This document shows, piece after piece, positions 38,871 through 52,574 of a stretch of 64,000 bases of DNA. The stretch is from the human T2T-CHM13v2.0 reference genome, Homo sapiens. The position numbers and the translations under genes are program-made. The DNA lies in assembly GCF_009914755.1 (NCBI RefSeq), contig NC_060935.1; one strand, given 5' to 3'. The first letter of the stretch is position 1; every line of letters starts with the position of its first letter. The notes under the pieces were generated by a model that saw nothing but the letters and a program-made list of their open reading frames with translations, was not told where the DNA came from and did no database searches.

Positions 38871-39678
38871 ACTGAAGCATAATGCATGGATAATATAGTT
38901 GGCTTTTCAGCTAACAAAAGTCTTCCTCTTTTACAGAATAGAATTAAACTTATCAGCATTCCAAGGTGTTTCATACAAAGCACATGACTTCCAGGTACTT
39001 TGCTACTGCAAATTGAAAACCACCAATTGATGCCATTTGGGATGAATGTGGTGCCATGTCCAATCAATGAACAGGGCACACCTCCAGCAATGGGTCAGAG
39101 AGGATGGTGGAAGAGGGTCTGCCCAATCTCCACACTCTCATCCCTGTCTGACACACCCACTCTTCCAGCTTTAGTAGAAGAATATGGATCATGTCCTACC
39201 AACCACCATCACTCTGGAGCCTCGGGGAAAAGCAAAGTGCCTAATTCCATGTGGGGTGACATGGAATGCCACCACGCAGCAAATCTTCCTGTTCTAAGGT
39301 AATGAAGCATATGTCATATTGATGCTGTATTCTGCAAAACCAACTGAGCCCTCTTCCCATTTGGAGCCCACAGCGGGAGGCCTGCATGTATGTATTGATC
39401 AGGTGCCTGGGGCTGCTTCTGACATTCATTTACTCAATCGGCATTTATTGAACCTGCTGGGCATAAAGCACTGTGCAAAGCAGTGTCAGGGGCCTGAGGC
39501 GTGTGAGGCACACTTACTGCCCCCATCCTGACCATCGCTCTCTTCTTCTCCCCCCACTCCCTGCTGCTGATGATAGCATCATATACTTGTAAAGGGTTTG
39601 ATAGTTTGCTAAGTTTTTTGGATATACTGTCTCATTTATCCTCAAAACAACCCTCGGAGGCTTTTAATTATTATCCCT

Positions 39679-39718
39679 GTCTATGGCCATACTACCTGGA
39701 ACATGCTTGATCTTGTCT
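39679..39718 (+). pseudogene. 5'-terminal 40-nt 5S rRNA retro-fragment without poly(A) tail
   Basis: GTCTATGGCCATACTACCTGGAACATGCTTGATCTTGTCT vs 5S GTCTACGGCCATACCACCCTGAACGCGCCCGATCTCGTCT (31/40, mostly C>T/G>A transitions); flanked by the direct repeat AATTATTATCCCT. Confidence 0.88.
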
Positions 39719-40250
39719 AATTATTATCCCTACTTTAATAAGAAAGGGATTTGGAAAACTCTTCTGTTCACTTCCCTTCCCTCTGCTTTTCCAGTCCCTA
39801 TGCATCCTTCAAAGTGAGTCTTGCCTAGAATCCTCCTGTCTTAGAATCCACCCATATCCTCCTGCCTGAGCCATCACCCACCCTCCTCAGGGTCCTGCAG
39901 CACTGAAACACACCCCAGTGCTGCAGGAGACACCTGTTTAGGAGTCTCTTTTTTTCACTGGGGTGTAGACATCACAAGAGTTACAACATGTCTTGCTCAT
40001 TCCTCCTCTTGTTCTTGGAATGAACAAATAAAAACCATACTATCTTGTTCTTTCCCAACTCTTGACTCTGGTTTGTGGGCAGTACGTATTCAACAGATGT
40101 TTGCTGAACTGAATCAAAGGCTCTGTTAGTGCAACTGGGAAGAAAACCCCTTCCCACTTGAAAGGCACCTGCTAACATAGGCTACCAGATTAACAAGTGA
40201 TGAAAAAGTAAGGCACCCCAAGGGTGCCATAGGTGCTGCATGTTGGGTCC

Positions 40251-40665
40251 TGTTACAGTCTGCACTATGCTCTTCCCCCAACCCACAAAATGTATATGTT
40301 GAAGTCCTAACCCCCAGTACCTCAGAATGTGACTGTATTAGGATACAGGGCCTTTAAAGAGTTGATTATGTTAAAATGAGACGCTTAGGGTGGGCCCTAA
40401 CCCAATCTGACTGGAGTCCTTATAAGAGGAGCTTTGGACATAAAAAGAGACATCAGGGATGCGCGCACAGAGGAGAGACCAAGTGGGAATGCAGCAAGAA
40501 GGCGGCCATCTGCTAGCCATGGAGAGAGGCCTTAAGCAAAATCAGCCCTGTTGACACCTTGATCTGGGACGTCCCAGCCTCCAGAACTATGAGGAAACAG
40601 ATTTCTGTTGTTCAATCCACCCAATCTGTGGAATTTTGTCATAGCAGCCAGAGCAGACTAATACA
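40251..40665 (+). mobile_element. MLT1B-like MaLR solo LTR
   Basis: TG...CA ends; ATATGTTGAAGTCCTAACCCCCAGTACCTCAGAATGTGACTGTAT; 5-bp TSD GGTCC at 40246-40250 and 40666-40670. Confidence 0.9.
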
Positions 40666-40670
40666 GGTCC

Positions 40671-41044
40671 CTAGAAGTAGACTCTGAAGAGGAAATCAGC
40701 CTGCAGGAAATGTACAGGGGAATGCTCTCAGGATCAAGATGTGCAAAGAAGTGAGGAAGCAGGACAGGCCAGAGGGATAAGTCACAAGAAAGGCATCAGG
40801 TGACCCCACAGGGCACCCTGCCAGTTGCCTAAATGAGGGCAACAGGGTAGGGCCTTTAATCCCCTCTCATAGATGTCACAGCTTCTGGCTGTCCCAGGAA
40901 AAGCAGCGAGGCCTTGAAAGAGGCATCTCTCCTCAGCAGTGGGCAATTGCCAAAAACTGTCAGTTGCCAACACTCCCAGTAGTTGGGGATGAGGGCTGTG
41001 GTCCTGCAGGGGGATCTGGGTGGCACTCCACCGTGTCCACTACA
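40671..41044 (-). mobile_element. LTR16/LTR33-like ERVL LTR that hosts the MLT1B insertion
   Basis: GTTGGGTCC|CTAGAAGTAGACTCTGA is continuous across the MLT1B; element ends GTGTCCACTACA. Confidence 0.5.
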
Positions 41045-41130
41045 GTTGATGTTCAGGAGCATATGCACATGTGTGTGGCTGGGGCGTTTGTGGAGAACTT
41101 CCTGGAGGAGGGAGGATGTAAACTGGGATT

Positions 41131-41411
41131 TAATTTTTTTTTAATAGAGACAGAATCCCACTTTGCCACCCAGGCTGGAGTGCAGTGGCACAATCATAGC
41201 TCACTGCAGCCTCAACTCCTGGCCTCAAGTGATCCTACCACCTCAGCCTCCTGAGTAGCTGGAAATACAGGCATGTGCCACCATGCCTGGCTAATTTTTA
41301 AAAATGTTTTGTAGAGATGGGGGTCTCACTATGTTGCCCAGGCTGGTCTCACACTCCTGGCCTCAAGAGATACTCCTGCCTTGGCCTCCCAAAGTGCTGG
41401 GATTACAGGCA
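41131..41411 (-). mobile_element. Alu (AluJ-like), 5' truncated
   Basis: CACAATCATAGCTCACTGCAGCCTCAACTCCTGG AluJ-type sequence; short TSD GGATTTAA. Confidence 0.92.
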
Positions 41412-41731
41412 CTAGTCTAGGATTTAAAATTATGAGTACAATGTAGATGGCAAATGTGAGCACTGCAGGTCAGGTGGGGTTGAGGGTGAGCATTCATTCT
41501 CTGGAGTGCTGGTTACTTCTGCAGGGTAAGGGAGAGTCCCTGTACCCAAGTTCTGAGAAAGGCCTCACACATTTGATTTTCTAATCTATTATTTATTATT
41601 GGTTGTTCTCATTGCTTTTTGTTGCTAATACAAACGTAGTATATTTACACCATAGGAAAAAAAAGGGAAAACATGGCAAATGCCTAAATACTTGTAACCC
41701 CTATAAGTACCTTGGTACAGGGCTATCTTTT

Positions 41732-42048
41732 TGTCTGTTTGCTTGTTTGGGGGTTTTTTTGTTATTGAGATGGAGTCTTGCTCTGTCACCCGGGCTGGAG
41801 TGCCGTGGGGCTATCTCGGCTCACTGCAAGCTCTGCCTCCTGGATTCACGCCATTCTCCTGCCTCAGCCTCCCGAGTAGCCAGGACTACAGGTGCCCGCC
41901 ACCATGTCCAGCTAATTTTTTTGTATTTTTAGTAGAGACGGGGTTTCACCGTGTTAGTCAGGATGGTCTCGATCTCCTGACCTCATTATCTGCCTGCCTC
42001 GGCCTCCCAGAGTGCTGGGATTACAGGCGTGAGCCACCGCACCCGGCC
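41732..42048 (-). mobile_element. AluY-like element
   Basis: GCAAGCTC...TTCACGCCATTCTCC and CACCGTGTTAG..AGGATGGTCTCGATCTCC diagnostics; 17-bp TSD GTACAGGGCTATCTTTT. Confidence 0.95.
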
Positions 42049-42816
42049 AGTACAGGGCTATCTTTTAACACCTGGTGTCAGTCCTGGTTTCTATCGTGTC
42101 TTCAGCACCTTATCTACTTGGGGCTTTCACCTCTCACAAGCAGGGGCAGCCTAGCTGGCTCTCACCATGTAAACATCAAGCTGAGCAGGAATTCAGACAT
42201 CAGCAAATCCACTGCCACAGAGAAGGTACTCTAGCCTGAGAGGTGCTAGTATAACATTCGAGTTGAGGACTAAAAAACCTGGGTTCAAGTCCCAACTCTA
42301 CCATTTACTAACTTTGGGGCCTCAGCCAGATTATTTGGCTTTCCTGAGCCCAGTTTTCCCATACACAAAATAGAGATAACAATAATTGTGAGTATTAAGT
42401 AAGATGACTCATGGCCATGTGCCAGGCACAGGTAAGCCCTTGAGAATGTCAACTTTAAAAATCAAACCAAGCAAAAGAATGAAATGAAACAAGCAATCAG
42501 ACCACAAGCCAACGGCTCAGCAAGATGAAGTGACTGTTGCTGTTCAAATGCAGCTCACTAGGGTCTGAGGTCCTCCTGGGCCCACTGCCTCCTATGGCCC
42601 ATCCTGAAAAATAGGTGGCTAGATGAAGGGAGATGGATTTCAAGATGCAGCCACCAACTCCTTGGGAGGAAGTAAAGGAAGGAAAAGACAAAGCCTGTCC
42701 CTGGGCCCTGGCTGTAGGACAAACTCAAGTGACCCTTGAGATGAGGTAGCAGCTGGCCTGGAAGATACAGCTCTCCCAGCCCAGCTGCTATAGCCGATGA
42801 CTGTCATACTAATCAC

Positions 42817-43010
42817 CACATTTCATAGACTCTAAGACAAAATCGAATGAAGATGCACCACTATTTTATATATCACTAGGAAAGAAAAAAATGCCATCCA
42901 ACCCCAGTAGAGCTCCAAGATGTCATCCATTGTAAAATGCATTCTGATTTCAGAGACATTAAAATGGTGGGGGCAGGGGGAAGTGCATTGTAGAGTGGAT
43001 AGCAATACAG
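42817..43010. mobile_element. MER104-like Tc2/mariner remnant
   Basis: CACATTTCATAGACTCTAAGAC...AAGATGCACC...CTGATTTCAGAGACATTAAAATG. Confidence 0.5.
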
Positions 43011-44785
43011 GGCCTTCCCAGCATTTCTAAGCTGGTATTTTCTCAAGAGGCCTGAGAAAACCTGCTGGTCCCCAGGCTTCCCTGCTGCAGCTCCAGCCCA
43101 TCCCTCCCTTTTGTCCTTCTGTCTCCGGGCTGCACAGATTGTTGGGCTCCAAGGGGCATCCCAAAAGAATACACAAGTGAGTAGCTTCTCCATCCTGGCT
43201 GGAGCTTGTGTTCATGGTAGCGGAGTGAGGAAAGGTTCTCAGTGCTGCTCCAGTTACGCTGGGCTGGTTCTGGCTCCAAAGAAGCCTGGTGAGTTCTTTG
43301 TCCACTCTGGAGCTTGTTGAGGGAAAATGCAAAGCCACATAACACATGGCACCTTGTATTTGCCATGATGGTCCCAATTTCTTGTTCTTTTTTTAAAATG
43401 GAGATTGGCTAAATATATAACCCAAGGTGCATTATTCTTACATGAGAAATTTTTTTGAGACAAATAAAGTGGCACAGTATATTTAAAAATCTATTGTTAT
43501 CAAAACAAGCATTTTGATTTTTGATTGTGAAAATATGATCAACTTGCTCACCACCCTCCAAATGTCATCTCCATCTTTCTCCCAGGTGGCCCCTGGGCAT
43601 GCATAAAAGCTTACAAAACTCCAAATCACAATCCCCAGTCAACAAGAACTTAGTGAGCACCAAATACATGCATGGACACTGTTATTTTCCAGCTGTTACA
43701 GGTTGAGCTACTTGACAGTGTTTCCTGGGTGGAGGATGAACAATCTAATCCTGTAGCTGCCAGGCCTCACTCCAGGGGTGGCTGCCTCTCCCCTAAGGCA
43801 CCTTTCTGTGCAGGAAAGTGGGGGTAATTGCTGCTCCTCATTCCACCCTCACCATGCAGATGCTTGCAGACAAGGTTCCATGGGTCCTCTGAGGCCTCCT
43901 AGGCTTTTCTTTCTCAGCTGCCCTGGTGGAAGCCAGGAGAAAGAGAAGACTGCATTTGTGTGGTGACCTGCAAGCTACTGGTCATCAAAGAGCCAAAGAT
44001 CTCCTCATCTGTCTCCAGGACTCTTTGCTCTGCCCTAGCTCAGAAGGGCAAAGATCTACAGAAATATCTTTCAGAGTCATCCATTCTAGTGCTCAGGACC
44101 CCTGCCTGTCAAGTTCTTCCTAACATCTAGCCTAACTCCAGCCTTCTATAATAGTGGCTCTCTTCAGAAGCTTCAGAGTGGAACTTCCCCAATCAGAGGT
44201 CTAGAATGCATCAAGGTGCATAGAAATATTAGGTCAATTGGGATGTAGAGGCAGGCACTTCCAACCTCAGCAGCTTCTGCTATTCACCCTATATGTCTTA
44301 CAAATGCTACTATTTTCTGTGCGTGCCCTAATTTGGAAATTAGCTAGCTCTCAAGTTGAGAAGTACTGGAAGAGCCCAGATACCCGGGGCTAAGCTAGCC
44401 CACCCAGGCTGCCCCAGGCAGGCCACCCTGCTCAGGCCACCCACTGCACTGCCCCCCAGGAGTAGAGGAGGGGACAGGGAGTGGGCAGGCCTTCTGGGGT
44501 ATAGATGAGGTATGGAAGGGGCTGCTTTCCCAGTCACGCCCCAAAACTGGCAGGCGCCCCAACCTATAAAGTGTATTGGAAGGGAAAAAAGCTCCTTTAA
44601 GGCTCAGCAGTTTGAGGCTGACACCCAAACCTGACATTTTCTCTCAGGAGAAACTTGGAAGGTGTAGCAACACTTAGTCCCCAGGCTGATGGAGTGGGGT
44701 GAAAAGGGTCAATCTGTTAGGACAGCCTGGGATCCAGGAAGAAAGCTGGCAGGTCCTGGGAGAACAGAGAGGATTTTCTCTGATC

Positions 44786-44792
<7 letters not shown>

Positions 44793-44824
<32 letters not shown>
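44793..44824. repeat. (TC)n microsatellite
   Basis: Uninterrupted TC dinucleotide run. Confidence 0.9.
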
Positions 44825-44828
<4 letters not shown>

Positions 44829-47800
44829 CCTCTATCCCCACCACCTCATTTCTATTTCATCTGGGGCACAGAGCTAGAAAGGTGGGGGACAGAAGCCCTG
44901 GATGCAGCATAAACCCCAGCAACGTGTTTCCTATGCTTCCGTCTCAGCTTAAGTCTTGGTGCTGCCTTCCCTGAAAGTTCGGCACTTGAAGGAATCAAAT
45001 TGTCTAATTAAAATTTAACAATTCCTTATCAGGCTTGATGGCGGGTGAGACACTCCTGTCTTAAACACATCATTTTTTCCTCTTTTCTGAGATGCAAAGC
45101 ATTTCAATGAAAAAGTAGAGGGGGAGAAGAAAGCATTTTGTATTTGCATCTCAAAAGCAGCCTACTGGAGTGACTTGAGTTGGATAGGAATTGGGAGTGA
45201 GTGGGTAAGAGGTTCCTTTCCAGCACCCTGGCGATATAGGCCACCTGCCCCTACCCCTCCAGGCAAAGGCCAGGCTCTCACTTGGGGTTGGACCTTCTTT
45301 TAGCATCTCTTGCAACTTCAAAAAGGCAGCATGGAAATGGAAGAGGGAGGAAAGGTGGTGCGCCCGTTCCTTCCCACATCCAAGGGAAAAGGAGAGAGTT
45401 ACTGAATAACACTTTTATGTTCTCTGGCCGAGGAGGCAACCTCAGCAGACGGCAGAGGAAATGGAGACCTCATTCCCAAAGCCCTAGGCCAGGCGGCTGC
45501 AGACCTTGGGTTGCCGAGGGTGGGAGTGGGTAGATGGACAGGCACAGTCACTGTCTGGAGGGCAAAGCCTCTAAGCCCTGGAGCTGGGGTGTGGAGGGTC
45601 TGTGGCGAGGAAAAAAAGGAGGGGGAGGAGAAACAGAAAGGACTGTGGGGACAAAGAGGAACCTGGAGCAATGGACGATGGCAACCTCCTGGGCTCACTG
45701 GGAACGGCTTTTCCTGCATCCCAGGCCCGAGTGCACAGGGGAGTGGGGTGTGAGGCTGTGGGTCTGGCCCCGGTGTCAGCAGTCACTCCTGAGGGAAGAA
45801 ATGCAGATTGCTCTTTCCCTGTTAAGGGGAAGGGCTCCTCCTTCTTGAGCCCCTGGACTCCCCCACAAACCACAGCCTCAGCACTACTGTGGGGGAACAG
45901 GTCTGGACTAGAGACCTAGGCTGGGGGATACCCGTTAGTGGAAGCCCAGGGAGTGGCCTGGACTACCATTTGGGGGTGGCAGAGGCTGCTGTGGGAGACA
46001 GGGGGAGGCCACACACTAATACCCCATTTGCCCCTTCTCCCCCGGCATGGGGAGCCTCCCTGGAACCTGGAGTTCTTCAGAGGCAGCGAGGCAGCAGAGC
46101 TCAGGGACCGCGCAGCAGCTCTTGGCTATGTTATCTGCAGGGAACATTGTCTAGGTTTCTTTAGAAGGCGTGGAACAGCCTGGATGAATCTCTCCACTGG
46201 TGGTCTCTGGCTGTGTCTGGCCCTATGCAGCTAGAGCCAGAGAGTGGCTACAATCTCGAGGGCCTTCTGTGGCCCAGCTTGAGGTTGGCAACCCGGGTCG
46301 CCTGCTCCAAGCTTCTCCCCCTGCTCCCTGGAATTAAACCTGGCCAGCAGTTCCCAGTCTTACCTCCCACCTCACAGTAAAAATAGAAGCTAGCCTTCGG
46401 CACTTTCTCAATTTCCTGTCACCAAATCCATAAACTTACAGGCACAGGCAGCCACATGCACCCTCCTTGAGTCCCAACTCCTAACCCTAAGCCCCTTCCT
46501 GCCACTTGGGCTCAGCATAGCACACCCTGGCTGGCCTCCTCCTCCTTCTCACCCTTCAGGACTATCTTTCCAGCCCCTTCTCCAAGGAAGCCTTCCTGCC
46601 ACTCCAGCTCAGAGCCCGTCTTCTCACTTAATGCTTTCACAACACGTGTGCTCCTCGGTGACACCCAGCACAGGTGTAATGAAGTCAGTATTTGTCTAGA
46701 GATTTGTTTGATGTCTGTTCTTCTTGCTAAACTGTGTGCAAGGCTCACATGTGTCTTGTCTCTCCTGGTCTTCTCCCTCCCCAGCACAGCCTTGGCAATA
46801 GCACATGCTCCACACGTTTGAGAGACGTCCATGGAGATAGCATCTCATTCAAGGGTGAAGGGGCCAGTCCCTAGGTCTTTTCCTACCCTGCAGTCATTTC
46901 TCCTCCCAGATCCTTCGTGAAGGGTACAATAGCCTCTTCTGAGATCTCCTGTTGACCCTCTGGGTCCCAGTCACAGTGGTAGCTGGGGTTGGGTGCCCAG
47001 CTGGTTCGGGTCCTTGCAGGGTGTTTCCCAGGTGGGCATCACTGTGGCACAAAGGTGTTATAAGGCATTGGAAAAAGAAGAAGAGGCACGCAGATGAAAG
47101 TGAGTGTGGGGATGTGGGGAGGTGGGGAGAGGTCATAGCCAACACACAGTCTGTGGAAAGAAAAGCACAGAGCTGGTAGAGATGGCTTCTGGGCTTCTGG
47201 AAGGCCCAGGGCTTCAGAGTGTCCAGGTTGGCAGCACCCTGTGGGAGGGAAGTCACAGCAGGCCAAGGGAGCCATCCCCCCCCGTCAGCACCAGCCAGAG
47301 ACTACCAAGCATCCACAGTGAGTGAGCTGAGTGCAGCTGAGACTCAGTTCTCTATGGAGCACAAGGGTGGGGTGGGGGTGTCCCCAGGGGGAGGCTGGAG
47401 CACGCACAGTTCCTTGCCCAGCTATCGAAAGGGCCCCTGTGTGAGACTTTGTCTAGGAGCAGAGGAGACCACAGCTGAGCATGACCAGGCCTCCCCTTCT
47501 CCAGGGCTCTCATCCCAGACAACCCCGCTCTCTGCTTCTTCCCAAGGTGGCCAGGTGGCCCTGGGCCTGCTCAGGTGTCCCTGGGAGTGTGGCATCTCTG
47601 AGAGGCCTGAGCAGCAGCAGAATTTGAGTCTTCCCAGCCTTACCTTGTTGCAGGCCTCCAGGGTCTGCAGCGGGGTGAGGCAGGGTCTGGGAGATGCAGT
47701 GAATGCAGGAAGGGGTGTCTGCCTGACAGCCCCATCCCTGCAGATTTTGATGGCTCCGTAAAAATGTCTCCTCATAAACTGTCAAAGTGTCACAAATTAA

Positions 47801-48724
47801 TTAACTGTTAGCTAGAGTGACTCAGTGTGGGGGGGGTGGGGGAGAATGGCTCAGTGATGCTGAGCGGGGTGGTGGCGGTGCTGTTCTCTGCGTGTGCTGC
47901 CTTTTGATTAAAAATCCTCACCGCTCCGATACTGTGTGAGGGAAGGGGCAGATCCCTGGGGCAGCTCACGTGCACTGCAGAAGACTGGTGGGTGGGAGGC
48001 AGGTGGAGGTGTGGGGCTGGGGCCCCCTCCCTGAGAAGGGAACACAGTGGGGAGAATGAAGCCTCTAGAAATTGCCCAGGAGATCTAAATTCAGAATGGA
48101 GCCCACAGACTGGCACTGTATTCCTCCCCCCGCCCCCCCACTTTCCCTTCCTCCTCAATTTGCCCCCACAAAGAAAAAAATCTGGGAAGTTGAGCTTGGT
48201 TTGCCCCAGGGGCTACACAGGGTCACCTGAGCCAAGGACATACTTAGCTACCAAACTCCTGCCAGCCAGAGCCCAGAGAGGAGGAAGGGCTGGGTCTTAG
48301 ACCAGCCTCCTTGACCTTTACTTTAATTTCAGGAAAGAATTGAGAAAACATGCTCTTGAAAGTCAATTGGGAGACAAATCCTGAACCTTATTGCTCCAGA
48401 TGGAGGAAAAACAATCCTGCCTATTTGGCAGAAAATTGTTCTTCTTTATTAAAAGACATTCCTGTTCATAAAAACAGAGAGAAGGCCCAGTCCAAATAAT
48501 AGCACAACCCACGATCACACTGCTGGAAACCTCCGGAAGTCCTTGTCCCCACGTTTCTCATCCTTCGGCTCCAGCAGGCTGACACCGGGGACCTTTCTTT
48601 CCCATTTGGCAAAGGCGATGGGAGGCCTTCTTGCAATGGAGGGGTGGGCAGGCAAGATGGGACTTGAAGACTCCCACACAAATACTGTTTTGGTGTCAAG
48701 ACCTCAAAGACGAATTGAAGGTAA

Positions 48725-49262
48725 AATTTCACCACAGGAATGCAATCAGTAAAATCCAGATTGCAGAAAATACAATAGGACAAATGACCCAGTTTCTTCC
48801 AAAAATAAATTGCAAAGAAAAAAAAGAGAGATGGAGTGGGGAGAGCCTCTAGAATAAAATAAACTTTAAAGCCATCTTCACCAATTGCAATGTGTGGGCC
48901 TTATTTGGATGCTGATTCAAAGAAACCAATTTTTTAAAATCCCTGAAATTTAGGGGACAATTGAAAATCTAAACAGTAGATTTTTTATGATATTCAGAAT
49001 TATTGATATTATGGCATTCTGGTGAATTTTTTTAGAGTCCTTATCCTTTAGAGATACACACTGAAATATTTACAGATGAAATTATATGCTGTCTGGGAAT
49101 TATATGAAAATAGCATAGGGGTAGAAGCATAGATGGAAGAAAATTGGCCATAATTTGATCGTGGTTAAAGGTGGGTGATAGATACATTGAGGTTCATGAT
49201 GCTATTCTTTTTAATTTTGTATATGTTTGAAATTTTCTATAACAAAATGTTTTAAAATATCT
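48725..49262 (+). mobile_element. L1ME/L1MC-like 3' UTR fragment
   Basis: GAATGCAATCAGTAAAATCCAGA...TAGAGATACACACTGAAATATTTACAGATGAAAT...TTTTGTATATGTTTGAAATTTTCTATAACAAAA. Confidence 0.8.
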
Positions 49263-50122
49263 AATCTGCTCCTTAACCCTCACCCCAGCGCCCATCCCTA
49301 AGAAAACAGATGGGTGCAAGCCAGGCTTCAAGGTATCTTTCTGATCAAGTTCTCTTATTATGAACACTGGCTTCCTTTTCTGCCAGTCTGGCTGCCAGAC
49401 TCTCCCTCTGTTTTGATCACTCCATTGCCCTGTCCAGGACAGATGGAGCCCTGGGGACGAGCCCTGGCAACCCTTTCTATGGCCTGGGATCCTTTCTCAT
49501 GACATAACAGCTTTGGCCTAATAAGTCATGTCCTCTCTTTCACAGCAGGTGGCGGCTCAGCTGGTAGGGATGGAGGTGGGAGGGTAAAGCCCACTTTAAT
49601 GACAAATAGAACAGCTACTGAGCACCTATTGCAGGCCAGGCACCACGTGAAGTGCTGGGCACCTACTATTTCATTTACTCCGCATAGCAGCCCTGTGAGA
49701 TTAGATATGATCCCCATGCTACAGACAAAGAAACAGGCAGTGGGTTGTGAACATCAGTGGATCTGCCTGCAGAACCCAGACTCTTCCTTACACCAGGAGT
49801 TGAGTATGGATCTAGGGTACGAAGAAGTAAGGTTTTCACAGTCCTGTGTCCGAGGCACATCTACACGGTTCCTTCATGGGGATGGGCAGGGTCTCACCCC
49901 TCCAGGCTGGTAGGTGTCAGACTGGTGTCCACAGAGCCCCCAAAGGAACTTCTCATATAATTATATGAGGGAAGAATTATATGAGCCTTATAAAGAGGGA
50001 AGTTGAGGTCCAGGCCATAGCCAAGTTTCCTCAGAATTCTAAGTGACTTAGGCAACCTCATGTTTTCCAGAAATGACACTCTTAGTGTCTCCAGGACATG
50101 GGGCTACTCTGACAAGGGAGCT

Positions 50123-50210
50123 CCGAGGAGCACAGGGCACGCTGGAGTCCAGGTGGAGCCAAGGAGCACAGGGCATGCTCGAGTCTGGGTGGAGCCGAGG
50201 AGTGTGGGCA
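50123..50210. repeat. 36-bp tandem repeat, about 2.4 copies
   Basis: CCGAGGAGCACAGGGCACGCTGGAGTCCAGGTGGAG / CCAAGGAGCACAGGGCATGCTCGAGTCTGGGTGGAG / CCGAGGAG... Confidence 0.85.
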
Positions 50211-52047
50211 AGAGCTGGGGTCCCTCATCCTCTCTCAGCTCCTGGGGCTGCCTCTGGGTCCATCTGGCAGGCCAGGCTCCTCCCCAATGCTCCCTTTCAT
50301 TCCACAGGGTGTGCGTCCACCACCAAGGGTGGCACTGTAGGTCTGGGCATCTTGCTTTGCCTGGTCTTCTGCTACCTCCCTCAGAGGAGGGGCAACATGG
50401 GCACAACAGGGAAGAGAGCAGAGAGGCAGTCTCCTCATCCCGACAACAGACTGGGGGGTGCAGAGGAGCCCCCAGCTGCCTCTCCCAGTTGATGGAAGCA
50501 GGTTGGAAGAGCAGCCACAGTGCTGGGCACCATCCTGAAAACAGGCTGTGCACCCACTGCTGCTGCATACCACTCCACATCCTGGGGCCAACATTGAGGC
50601 CTTCCTAAGCAGTGATGCCCAGGATACAGAGGAGTCACTTCCTCTGTCCCTGGAATTGAAGAAGGTGTGTCAATGCGTCCTATTTTTATTGTTTTTTTTT
50701 TAATCAGACAGACAACAGCTAGATCTGGGTTCCAGTCCCACTTGGTAGCAGTATGGCCTTGACAATGAAATTGTTCTGGGCCTCAGTCTTCTCATCTGTA
50801 ACATGGGGGCAATAACATCCTCCTCATGGGAGTGGTTGCAAAATTGACTTAGAAAATGTGAATAAAGGGGCCAGTAAGTGGTAGGTGCCCAATAAGTGGC
50901 AGCTAATGTCATTACAAGGTTGCAACAGCTGCCGGAAAGGAGCTGAGCTGTGTGAGGGTCACAGGCAAAAGACTCAAGCTGGAATGAGGGGCCCAAGGGA
51001 AAGAAACTCCCCATTTCTCTGTGACCCCCAATTTTCTGCATGCTTCAGAGAGATTCCAGCCATGCCTACCATGTTGTTCCCACTACTCACCCCTGAACTA
51101 AAAGCCCTAAAATATCAGGGCACCTGGCAGGTGACCTTGGTTAAAGTCCTTTTGGGGTGTGTCATGCAGATTTGCAACAACCCTGAGCCTTCCCTCTAAA
51201 TCTTTGAGAAAAAAGAAGTCCTACCTGGCCTGTAACCTTCCTGGTAAATCTAAGGATGCAACAGCTATGAGACATCTCTGCTACTCAGGACAGAAGTAGG
51301 ACCAGCATGAGATGTGATAAGGCTTGGCAGACTCTATCAGGTATCATGCAATCATCAGCACTGCATTATTATTGTCTCACTGTGTGGATGTCTGACATGC
51401 AGAAGGAAAATCCAGTTCCCTTGGATGAGCCACTTCTCTAATTCTCAACTTAATAGTTAATAATTTAATGATGAGAGCTGTCAGACCTAATTTCAGAGAG
51501 TGATAGATGAATCAAGTAAAATGATATATTCCAAAGTGTCTTGCAAACTCTAAAGTCCCATAAAAATGTGAATGTAGTGTATTATTATCGTCTCACTCAG
51601 GAGCATGTAGTTGGTGGTATTTCTTTGCCATGCACAGGTTCTTCGGTACCTACATTGCTCTGCATCTGTCCTTTCTGTCTGATGCATCTGTGAGCCTTAA
51701 TGGGCAGAGTTTGTCTTAAACCTATGTGTATCTTTAGCATCTCCTAGGAAGGCTACCAGTTTTGTAAGTGCTTCCTGGATGTTTGTTATGCTGGAGGAAG
51801 CTGACAGTGACGGTGCTCCTTTGAACAGCCTAAAACAGGACGAGACTCCCTTCTTCGTGGGGTTATCATAAAGATTAAACAAGACACATCAAGCCACTAG
51901 CACAGTCTCTGAGAGAGAGAAGGCACTCAGTTGTTCCTATTTTAATGGTAGCTAACCTGGAAAAATATAGAATATTGACTTTTACTGCTGGAAGAAGCCT
52001 TAGAGAATATTTAATCTAATCTCTTCATTTTACAGATTAAAAAACTA

Positions 52048-52574
<527 letters not shown>

